From Pecten maximus (lineage: Eukaryota), in the NCBI RefSeq assembly GCF_902652985.1, contig NC_047015.1, positions 28,520,001-28,584,000 of the forward strand: a DNA stretch of 64,000 nt, written 5' to 3'. Under the pieces are notes generated by a model. The model was not told where the DNA came from. It made no database searches and saw only the letters and a list, made by a program, of their open reading frames with translations. The number at the start of each line of letters is the position of its first letter. The first letter of the stretch is position 1. The position numbers and the translations under genes were made by a program. Positions 1-12,500 of the stretch are shown here, in pieces.

Positions 1-597
1 CTGTAACAATTTATGTTTCTTAACCTGTAACAATTCATGTTTCTTTACCTGTAACAATTCATGTTTCTTTACCTGTAACAATTTGTTTCTTTACCTGTAA
101 CAATGCATGTGTCTTTACCTGTAACAATGCATGTTTCTTTACTTGTAACAATTTATGTTTCTATACCTGTAACAATTCATGTTTCTTTACCTGTAACAAT
201 GCATGTGTCTTTACCTGTAACAATTCATGTGTCTTTACCTGTAACATTCATGTTTCTTTACCTGTAACAATGCATGTTTCTTTACCTGTAACAATTTATG
301 TGTCTTTACCTGTAACATTTATGTGTCTTTACCTGTAACAATTCATGTGTCTTAACCTGTAACAATTCACGTTTCTTTACCTGTAACAATTCATGTTTCT
401 TTACCTGTAACATTCATGTGTCTTTACCTGTAACAATTCATGTGTCTTTACCTGTAACATTCATGTGTCTTTACCTGTAACAATTCACGTTTCTTTACCT
501 GTAACAATTCATGTTTCTTTACCTGTAACATTTATGTGTCTTTACCTGTAACATTCATGTGTCTTTACCTGTAACAATGCATGTTTCTTTACCTGTT
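1..597. repeat. 24-bp minisatellite (TTACCTGTAACAATTCATGTTTCT)n starting at the CEP131 splice donor
   Basis: Period 24 (CTGTAAC at 1, 25, 49...), some 23-nt units, about 25 copies; truncated by the window edge. Confidence 0.97.
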
Positions 598-3500
598 CTA
601 CAGCACTGATTCTGTCAGCGACCTGTACTTCATCAAGGAAGGACATGATACTTTTGAGCTTGTCATCACTGAGGTAACCACTGGCAGCACCTCCGTCTCT
701 CGGTCTGTTCAACTCCTGGAGTTTATCAGCAGTCAAATAGGCAACATCCTTCTCACTGGACTGGGCTACTTTCTCCAAGTCATCCACTAAAGAAACAAAT
801 ATTAATTTATCAGTACAATGAATCTACATTTTCCATGAACAGCACATGAAATTTGATACAACTGAAATCAGAACAAGTTGGAACAGTTTAATGTGTATGG
901 TCATTACTGTAGAAACAGCTATCATGGTTTATATGTATGATCATTACTGTAGAAACAGCTATGATGGTTTATATGTATGGTCATTACTGTAGAAACAGCT
1001 ATGATGGTTTATATGTATGATCATTACCGTAGAAACAGCTATCATGGTTTATATGTATGGTCATTACCGTAGAAACAGCTATGATGGTTTATATGTATGA
1101 TCATTACTGTAGAAACAGCTATCATGGTTTATATGTATGATCATTACTGTAGAACAGCTATCATGGTTTATATGTATGATCATTACCGTAGAAACAGCTA
1201 TGATGGTTTATATGTATGGTCATTACTGTAGAAACAGCTATCATGGTTTATATGTATGATAATTACTGTAGAAACAGCTATGATGGTTTATATGTATGGT
1301 CATTACTGTAGAAACAGCTATCATGGTTTATATGTATGATCATTACCGTAGAAACAGCTATTATGGTTTATATGTATGATCATTACTGTAGAAAGAGCTA
1401 TGGTTGTTTATATGTATGATCATTACGGTAGAAACAGCTATGATGGTTTATATGTATGATAATTACTGTAGAAACAGCTATCATGATTTATATGTATGAT
1501 CATTACCGTAGAAACAGCTATCATGGTTTATATGTAAGATAATTACCGTAGAAACAGCTATGATGGTTTATATGTATGATCATTACCGTAGAAACAGCTA
1601 TCATGGTTTATATGTATGGTCATTACTGTAGGAACAGCTATCATTATTTATATGAATGATCATTACTGTAGAAACAGCTATGATGGTTTATATGTATGGT
1701 CATTACTGTAGAAACAGCTATCATGGTTTATATGTATGATCATTACTGTAGAAACAGCTACCATGGTTTATATGTATGATCATTACCGTAGAAACAGCTA
1801 TCATGGTTTATATGTATGGTCATTACTGTAGGAACAGCTATCATTATTTATATGAATGATCATTACTGTAGAAACAGCTATCATGGTTTATATGTATGAT
1901 AATTACTGTAGAAACAGCTATGATGGTTTATATGTATGGTCATTACTGTAGAAACAGCTATCATGGTTTATATGTATGATCATTACTGTAGAAACGCCAT
2001 CATGGTTTAGTTTAATGTGTTGTCTACTCATTTGAAAATTAATAATGCTGAGGATGAAAATCTTTTTATAATATCTTGCGATCAATTACTCATTTTTAAG
2101 GAATCTGAAAAAGCATGTTTACAGCAAGTAAGCACGAATATTAGCATTTTTCAAGCACTTGTGAGCGAATTCCAGCACTTTTCCAGGACTAACCCCTAAT
2201 TCCAGTACTTTTCATCATATGTACAAACAATGAATCAAATACATGTATTTCATAGTTGAAAGAAAACTTTTGTGATACATGTGTTTAACCAATCTGGAGC
2301 CTACACTGTAATATATTATTACACTTACACCAGGCATTCTTCTTCTCTGGCTTAGGTGTGACCAAATGTTCCTCTTCCTCAAGCTTCTTCAGCGTCTCTA
2401 ACAGGTCATTGAGTGTGGACTTGTTAGTGACCTCGCTATCAGGCCCTTTATACCCCTGACTCCGCTCAGTCAAGGTGTGGGTATCACTGTTACGGCTGCT
2501 GTCCATCTGGTTAACACTACTTGCAGACTACAAAAGAGAATATATCTAGTCATACAACTTACAAGGACAAAAATACATTGATCATTATTCTCCGTTGAAG
2601 TTTTAACATTGATACTGAAAACATCCAATGAAGTCCTTCTCTCTCTACTGTTGTAAAATAGAAGTGTTCAGCATTTAATTTGTCAACTTTTTAAATTCTT
2701 ATATTGTATAGCATTCTATTAACAGCTATTATCAATTAATGATGGCTTTGTCAGTGTATAGTATACCTGCAGTTCTAACTATTGACATAATATTGGTTCC
2801 CTTGTGTTGATTTAACCTATATATTTAGTGTAAAGATACCAGTGTTTGCATCATATTTTCCTTATTTTACTCATTAAAGGATTCTCAGGGCAAGATATGG
2901 CGGAAGATAACAAGAGATCCCAGAGGGATCTTGGCGCCCACCATTGAATGATCTTTTATAGGTTCCATGTCAGATTGATCTTTTCTCTACTTTTCCCTTC
3001 TTCTAAGTCTTACTAATCTGTGTAAATTCAGAAACAGCCCTCTAGATCTAGTACTTTTCAAACAAGGGGAACCTATATATAAAATTTAAGATTTAGCGAT
3101 AACGGCTGTCTGTCGGCCATGTTGTTTTCCGATTGGTCCCAAAATGCAATACCAGGGACCAAGGGGAACCTACATATGAAATTTGAGAAAGATCCCTTCA
3201 GTACCTTCTGTACAATAGAGATAACAAACTTCAATTTTCAAAATACAAGATGGCTGCCTGTCAGCCAGGTTGTTTTCTGACTGGTCTCAAAATCCAATAT
3301 GTATAACTAGACACAGAGGGCAACCTACAAATGAAATTCAGAAAGATCCTTTCAGCAATTTCTGATAAATAGCGATAACAATCTTCAATTGTCAAAATCC
3401 AAGATGGCTGCCTGTCGGCCATGTTGTTTTTCGATTGGTCTCAAAATGCAATATGCATAACTACGCACTGAGGGAAACCTACATATGAAATTTGAGAAAG

Positions 3501-6500
3501 ATCCCTTCAGTACTTTCTGAGAAATAGCGATAACAAACTTCAATTGTCAAAATCCAAGATGGCTGCCTGTCGGCCATGTTGTTTTCTGACTGGTCTCAAA
3601 ATCCAATATGTATAACTAGACACAGAGGGCAACCTACAAATGAAATTCAGAAAGAACCTTTCAGCAATTTCTGATAAATAGCGATAACAATCTTCAATTG
3701 TCAAAATCCAAGATGGCTGCCTGTCGGCCATGTTGTTTTTCGATTGGTCTCAAAATGCAATATGCATAACTACGCACTGAGGGAAACCTACATATGAAAT
3801 TTGAGAAAGATCCCTTCAGTACTTTCTGAGAAATAGCGATAACAAACTTCAATTGTCAAAATCCAAGATGACTGCCTGTCGGCCATGTTGTTTTCCGAAT
3901 AGTCTCAAAATGCAATATGCATAACTAAGCACAGAGGGGAACCTACATATGAAATTTCGGAAAGATCCCTTCAGTACTTTCTGAGAAATAGCGATAACAA
4001 ACTTCAATTGTCAAAATCCAAGATGGCTGCCTGTCGGCCATGTTGTTTTCTGATTGGTCTCAAAATGCAATATGCATAACTAGGCACCGAGGGAAACCTA
4101 CATATGAAATTTGAGAAAGATCCCTTCATAAGTATCTGAGAAATAGCGATAACAAACTTCAATTGTCAAAATCCAAGATGGCTGCCTGTCGGCCATGTTG
4201 TTTTCCAATTGGTCTCAAAACGCAATATGCATAACTAGGCACCAAGGGGAACCTTTATATGAAATTTCAGAAAGATCCCTTCATAAGTTTCTGAGAAATA
4301 GCAATAACAAACTTCAATTGTCAAAATCCAAGATGGCTGCCTGTCGGCCATGTTGTTGTCCGATTGGTCTCAAAATGCAATATGCATAACTAGGCACCAA
4401 GGGGAATCTACATATGAAATTTTAGAAAGATCCCTTCAGTACTTTCTCAGAAATAGCGATAACAAACTTCAATTGTCAAAATCCAAGATGGCTGCCTGTC
4501 GGCCATGTTGTTTTCCGATTGGTCTCAAAATGCAATATGCATAACTAGGCACCAAGGGGAATCTACATATGAAATTTGAGAAAGATCCCTTCAGTACTTT
4601 CTCAGAAATAGCGATAACAAACTTCAATTGTCAAAATCCAAGATGGCTGCCTGTCGGCCATGTTGTTTTCCGATTGGTCTCAAAATGCAATATGCATATT
4701 TAGGCACCAAGGGGAACCTACATATGAAATTTGAGAAAGATCCCTTCAGTACTTTCTCAGAAATAGCGATAACAAACTTCAATTATCAAAATCCAAGATG
4801 GCTGCCTGTCGGCCATGTTGTTTTCCGATTGGTCTCAAAATGCAATATGCATAACTAGGCACCAGGGGGAGTCTACATATGAAATTTGAGAAAGATCCCT
4901 TCAGTACTTTCTCAGAAATAGCGATAACAAACTTCAATTATCAAAATCCAAGATGGCTGCCTGTTGGCCATGTTGTTTTCTGATTGGTCTCAAAATGCAA
5001 TATGCATAACTAGGCACCAAGGGAAGCCCACATATGAAATTTGAGAAAGATCCCTTCAGTACTTTCTCAGAAATAGCGATAACAAACTTCAATTATCAAA
5101 ATCCAAGATGGCTGCCTGTCGGCCATGTTGTTTTCCGATTGGTCTCAAAATGCAATATGCATAACTAGGCACCAAGGGAAGCCTACATATGAAATTTGAG
5201 AAAGATCCCTTCAGTACTTTCTCAGAAATAGCGATAACAAACTTCAATTGTCAAAATCCAAGATGGCTGCCTGTCGGCCATGTTGTTTTCCGATTGGTCT
5301 CAAAATGCAATATGCATAACTAGGCACCAAGGGGAACCCACATATGAAATTTGGGAAAGATCCCTTCAGTACTCTCTGAGGATTAGCGATAACAAGAATT
5401 GTTTACGGACGGACGGACGGACCACGGACCACGGACGCAGGGCGATTTGAATAGCCCACCATCTGATGATGGTGGGCTAACAAAACAAAACAATTTTTCC
5501 TCGTTTAACATTAAATTTTTTTTTTCTTATAATTTTTTTTTATTTTCCAAACATATATATCATCATCAACAATCAATAATTGTAATATATCATCCTTCAC
5601 ACTACCATCACCATTTAACAATCATCATTATTAGATATTTTTTTAATAAAACATACATAACCAGAGGGATCTTGGCGCCCACCATTGAATGATCTTCATA
5701 GGTTCCATGTCAGATTGATCTTTTCTCTACTTTTCCCTTCATTTTACTAATCTGTGCAAATTGAGACATCCCTCCAGTACTTTTCAAACAAGGGAATCCT
5801 AGCTATATAAGAAATTTGAGATTTAACGATAATGGCTGTTTGTTTGCCAGGTTGTTTTCAGGACAGACTGGTCCAAAAATGCAATACAAGGGACCAAGGG
5901 GAACCTACTTATGAAATTTGAGAAAGATCCATTCAGTACTTTGAGAAATAGAGATAACAAACTTCAATTGTTAAAATCCAAGATGGCGGTCTGTCGGCCA
6001 TGTTGTTTTCTGATTGGTCTCAAAACGCAATATGCATAACTAGGCACCAAGGGCAACCTACGTATGAAATTTCAGAAAGATCCATTCAGTACTTTCTCAG
6101 AAATAGTGATAACAAACTTAAATTGTCAAAATCCATGATGGCTGCCTGTCGGCCATGTTGTTATCCGATTGGTCTCAAAACGCAATATGCATAACTAGGC
6201 ACCAAGGGAAACTTACATATGCAATTTGAGAAAGATCCATTCAGTACATTCTCAGAAATAGCGATAACAAACTTCAATTGTCAAAATCCAAGATGGCTGC
6301 CTGTCGGCCATGTTGTTTTCGGATTGGTCTCAAAACGCAATATGCATAACTAGGCACCAAGGGAAACCTACATATGAAATTTCAGAAAGATCCATTCAGT
6401 ACTTTCTCAGAAATAGTAGTAACAAACTTCAATTGTCAAAATCCAAGATGGCTGCCTGTCGGCCTTGTTGTTTTCCGATTGGTCTCAAATCGCAATATGC

Positions 6501-9500
6501 ATAACTAGGCACCAAGGGGAACCTACATATGAAATTTGAGAAAGATCCCTTCAGTACTTTCTCAGAAATAGCGATAACAATCTTCAATTGTCAAAATCCA
6601 AGATGGCTGCCTGTCGGCCATTTTGTTTTCCGATTGGTCTCAAATCGCAATATGCATAACTAGGCACCAAGGGGAACCTACATATGAAATTTGAGAAAGA
6701 TCCCTTCAGTACTTTCTCAGAAATAGCGATAACAAACTTCAATTGTCAAAATCCAAGATGGCTGCCTGTCGGCCATGTTGTTATCCGATAGGTCTCAAAA
6801 CGCAATATGCATAACTAGGCACCAAGGGGAACCTTCATATGAAATTTGAGAAAGATCCATTCAGTACTTTCTCAGAAATAGCGATAACAAACTTCAATTG
6901 TCAAAATCCAGGATGGCTGCCTGTCGGCCATGTTGTTATCCGATTGGTCTCAAAACGCAATATGCATAACTAGGCACCAAGGGGAACCTTCATATTAAAT
7001 TTGAGAAAGATCCCTTCAGTACTTTCTCAGAAATAGCGATAACAAACTTCAATTGTCAAAATCCAAGATGGCTGCCTGTCGGCCATGTTGTTATCCGATT
7101 GGTCTCAAAACGCAATATGCATAACTAAGTACCAAGGGGAACCTTCATGTGAAATTTGAGAAAAATCCCTTCAGTACTTTCTCAGAAATAGCGATAACAA
7201 ACTTCAATTGTCAAAATCCAAGATGGCAGCCTGTCGGCCATTTTGTTTTCTGATTGGTCTCAAAACGCAATATGCATAACTAGGCACCAAGGGGAACCTA
7301 CATATGAAATTTGAGAAAGATCCCTTCAGTACTTTCTGAGAAATAGCGATAACAAGAATTGTTTACGGACGGAGGGACGGAGGGACGGACGGACGGAGGG
7401 ACGGACGGACGGACGGACCACGGACCACGGACGCAGGGCGATTTGAACAGCCCACCATCTGATGATGGTGGGCTAAAAATACTAACTATGCTTTATACTT
7501 AAGATTCAGGAGCAGATTCTATCAGTCAATATGATACTTAATGTTTATGTCAGCTATAAGTTTCATTGGCATCAATTCAAAATAGTTAATAATATCGTTC
7601 TGACATGAAATTTTAACCAAGGGCAATTCCTCTGTAAATATGGGGTTTTGAGCCCTATATCAAGTATGCTGTACATTGTCTTAGCGTAACTGATATCCAC
7701 AGCAAGTTTCGTGATCCTTTCTTAACTGTGAGCAAAGTTATGCTTCAGACACGCAACAAAGGGCAATAAATCTGTGAACAAGCATACTGAGTACTGCTTT
7801 ACCATATCTATCCCCTACCATGCTAGCTATAACGGTTATTTACAAGGGTGTGAAATTTGATGAAATTCGTTAAAGAAATGAAGCAGCTACAGTGGTGACA
7901 CTGAATATTCCAAATTAAGTAAGTGACCTTAACCTTCAATAAACAACCTTGAAACTCAAGCTTGTCCGAGATATTGCCTGTGTGAAGTTTGATCAAAACC
8001 CCTGAAGGAATGAAGACGCTAAAGCACCGAAAAGGATTTGATCGTGACCTTGACCCAACAAACCTGAAACTTGATCTTGTCTTAGATATCATGGTCCTTT
8101 ATAATTGTGTGAAGTTTGATAAAAAAAAATGCATCAAAGAATGAAGCCGCTAGGGTGCTGACAAAGCATTTTCTAAAACTAGTAACATGACCTTGACCTT
8201 GCAACCCTGAAATTAAACTTCTCTAGAGAAATTATGGTTCTTTAAAACTGTGTAAGTTTGATCAAAATCTCTCAAGGAATGAAGCTGCTAGAGTGTTGAC
8301 AAACTTTGATGTTACATACATTGTACAAGAGGGACCAAGAGGAAAACTGTAGCCACTGGTAGGGGACTAACAAGGGCTTACAGGCCATGAATTTGGTACA
8401 CTTCACATTATCTTATAATGACCAATGTATACACAAAATTACATTATCCTAGTTTAAATGCAATAAATGTTATGCTCCAGAAACTCAATTTTAACAAATG
8501 GCAATAATTCTGTAAATAAGGGGATGTAGGTCTTGAATCTAGTACATCGCCTTTGTGTAACTAATGTACACACCAAGTTCAATGATCTTGTTCAAATGTG
8601 GGGAAAGTTATGCTTCAGACATGAAAACGACAGAAGTAAAGACTGATGGATTGACAAAGCACCAACTATATGCTCCCACAAACATTTTCAAGAAGCAAAG
8701 TAATAACAAACACAAACTACTGAAAAAAAAGAAACTTACAATGATTATAACTATCCTATACTTGTCACATACCTCAATAAATTCTTCACTCCCTTCTTGA
8801 GAGCGTGCTGACATAGTTTTCACATCTGATATTGCAGACCTTGCAGACTTTCCATTTGCCTGTGCATCTCGATCTACATTATTGTCTTTCAGTGTATTAC
8901 CAAAACTTTTTGTAGGAGATTTCTTTCTTCCAATATTGGCCTTTGCAGGTGTCTTTGTAATTTTGCCACTTGCTTGTAAATATGATATTTCTGCCTCTGC
9001 TTTCTGTTTCACTTCATCTCTCTTTTCTTCCCTCTTCTTTTGTAATTCCTAAACAAACAATTTAGAATCATAGTTCTAGTATTAATATTCCAACGATCAT
9101 CATGTTTACCAAAAGACTTTCAGTTACACTACATAAACTGTGGCAGAGCTTTAAAATTCACCTAAGACATACAATAATTGTAGAAACAAGCAGTACAAAC
9201 CAGGACAACAATACCTAATCATTTTAACATTTTACCTGAATTGCCTGCTGCCGTGCCTGTTTTGCTTTGTCATCCCTAATCTTCCTTCTTTCCTCAATTT
9301 TCCTATCTTCTTCATCCAGAAAGTCCAGATCTAATTTGTGTTCTTCAATGTCTTTTTTCTTCTTCCCTAAAAGTCTTTTGATCGCTGCTTCTCCCGCCAT
9401 TTGCACAGCCTCATTCCTTTTCCTCCTTACACAAATTTTGCGGTACCACCTTTGTATTTTGATTGCTGCAGATGTCAATGTTTGTACATACTCCTCTGTT

Positions 9501-12500
9501 GAACTTACAAATCTATGATTGGCTAAGCCTTCCTTAACCTGATTCACTGGTGTTTTGTGCTTTATGTTCTGATAGGAATTCTCTATACTTGACAAAGAAG
9601 CTTTTGTCCTTGGTGATTTCACAGATGTAACCATATTGTTTGCTATACCATTTACTCCATTCATATGATTGACAGCAGAATCAGTGGTATTCACACGAGA
9701 TGGTCTTGTTTTCTCCTTAGGCTTTTTGTTCTTAAAACTATCAGATTTTGCTGCATGAGACTTACGCTGAAGTGACTGTATTTTATTCAGACTTGATGAC
9801 AGTATACCGCCATCATCTGAGTCTGAGCTACTGTGAATACTACTCGGCTGAAAGAAGTTCTGTTGCATGGTAGGTGACAAGAGACCACTGCCACCATTGT
9901 TGACCCTCTGGGTGGAGTTGGTACTTCTCTGGCTATCTAGCTCACCCTTATGAGGCTATACAAAACAAAAAATAAAATGGTATTATAATCAGGGCTTTTT
10001 CTCACTGGTTTGGGATGTGGCCTTTTTGTCTCATGTTGGGAAGAAAATTGGTGAATTGGAACGATTTCTTCAGTAAACTGCAAATTTTGGGCATTTGGCT
10101 TTAAAATGAAATAATTCCAATTGGGAATGGGGCCCATTAATGGCCCCAAGAAGCCCTCAGAAAAAGCCCTGATTCCATATTTGTTGCCATTGAAAATGGC
10201 ATGAATATAAATACACAGTGAATATTTATACATACAAATAGAATTGTTTACAGCCGAATATTTATATACAAGGCATGTGTGCACGATATTTAGGTCTGAG
10301 TGGTACTAACCAGGAAATATTAAACCAGTGAAAATTTACAACTATAAGGTACTTTTAAATGTTGCTATAACAGAATGCTGCACTATGACATAAGAGCTCT
10401 TGGCCAGGTGAGCTTCTCTATCTGTAAATCAATTAAGTGTCTTCATCTTACTATAATGTCTCTTTTGTAAATATGAAACTTACTGCTTCTTGCCAGAGAA
10501 CTTTGACTGCATTTGGTGAAGGCTGCTTTTGCTTTGATGCTGATTTTATCTTGGGCTGCATGGATGTCTCAAACAGAGCCAAGAAATCCTCCCTTGAAAA
10601 AGTTAAAGAAGGGAAAGTGTGAAATACATGATTGAGAGTGTAAAAATATCAACAAAATTTAAATAACAAGAGGCCAAGAGGGACAACTATCATCTGGACA
10701 TTTAACCAATCATTACAGAAGAGTATTGTCAAAAGTAATATTGCAAGATTTACTTTAAGGGTGTGATAACTAATCCTGATAGCATGACAATAAATATACA
10801 AAATAAATGTACATGGTTACTGTATAGCACAAGTCTAAATTTTAACCTAAAGACAAGTTCTAATCTAATGGATTACATGTATCATCATCATTCATGAGTA
10901 TCTATCTCTTTATATTTTGTATATCTATCCATACAGGTTGAGGATCTCGGCCATTTATGTGTTATGACCCATAGATACATGTATTAATTCTCTTCATCAT
11001 TATACACTTATTGGAGAACCGAGATCCCAACAATTTCCGTGTTATTACCCAGGGACCAAGTTCCTGAGAGTTGAGGAGAAGCGAGAGATCTCTCCTGATG
11101 TACATCCCTATTTGTACCTTACTACCACACAATTCTAAGGCTGTAATCATATACTGGATTTAATCTACAGGGTTAAGATCAGAACCAAGACAAAAGTATG
11201 ATTGTACTCATATCTTCATGGCCAGCATCTGTGACTATGAACTGTGATAAAAAGTATGCAAATAATTATTGAGACAAGATCTCAAAACTTTTACAATGGT
11301 CATTCTGGTCCTTGTACAGTAGTAGTGATTATGACAGTATTAACTCTTTTACGAAAACGGAAACATGTTTTCAACATAAATCACTATATTCATGTCTAAT
11401 TCAATCCAGAAGACATACCCTGGTGACTTGCCCTTCTTGCTGCTGGCTCTACTCACTGCAGACACAGCACTCTTTTGACTTCTGTCACTCAAGTTGGGTG
11501 CTGCAATAAATGTGAAAAGAATGCACACCTTATACTAAATATAAAGTATAAGAATTTTGAGTTTACAGACTTTTTCTCCAATTCTATCATAAACAAGAGA
11601 TCCCAGAGTGATCTTGGCACCCACCCTTGAATGATCTTTTTCAATCGGATGAAAGACTGATCTTTTCTCTACTTTTTTCTTCTTTCCCCCTCCTTGATCA
11701 TATGGGAAACCTGCATATGAAGTCTTAGAAAGATCTAAAACAAACTTTCATGTATGCCTTATGGAAAGAGATATAACATTCAGAACACTATTTTAGGAGG
11801 AAACAAAAAGAATATCTGATGAGTAGGTTTAGTCATATATATATATTTTATGAGGACCTGCAAGCATTTTGCGTACGGCAAGAATGACATGTGTCACATT
11901 AAGCGTCGTTCGAGTTATCACCCCTTATAATCAGAAGACATGGCGGCTCAGGTAAAAAGTCTATTGTCAAACTATGGCAACCGTCCGCAATAATGTTTTG
12001 GAAATGGTCCTAAAATAAAGTATGCACAACTAGGGACCAAGGGGAAGCTATAAATGTTATTTCAGAAAGATCCCTTTAGTACATTCTGAAAAATGTTGTT
12101 AACAAACTTCAAGTGTCAATATTCAAGATGGTTGCCTGCCGGCAAAGTTGTTTTATTTTTCCCCAAATAGAATGTGCACAATTAGGGATCACCGGGAACC
12201 TACAGATGAAATTTTAGAAAGATTTTTCTATTTCTGAGAAATAGCAATAATAAACTACAAATGTCGAAATCCATGATGGCTGTCGGTCAACCATATTGTT
12301 TTTTTATCAGACCCAAAATAGAATATGCACAACTACGGACCAAGGGGAACATGCATAATGAATTCCAGAAAGATTCTTTCATTGTTTTTTGAGAAATAGT
12401 GGTTAAAATCTTCAATTGTCAAAATCCAAGATGGCTGCCTGTTAGCCATGTTGCTTTTCAATCGTTTCCAAAATGGAATATGAACAGCTAGGTACCAAAG

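Noticed and set aside
3540-6504. Recurrent 64-76 aa ORFs (SKMAACRPCC...) as a small gene family
   Set aside because: They are translations of the 155-bp HINE unit; the period is not a multiple of 3 and there is no gene structure.
9267-9518. Antisense ORFs over CEP131 exons and over the LINE (for example 53651-54034)
   Set aside because: Shadow ORFs of real coding sequence on the opposite strand.
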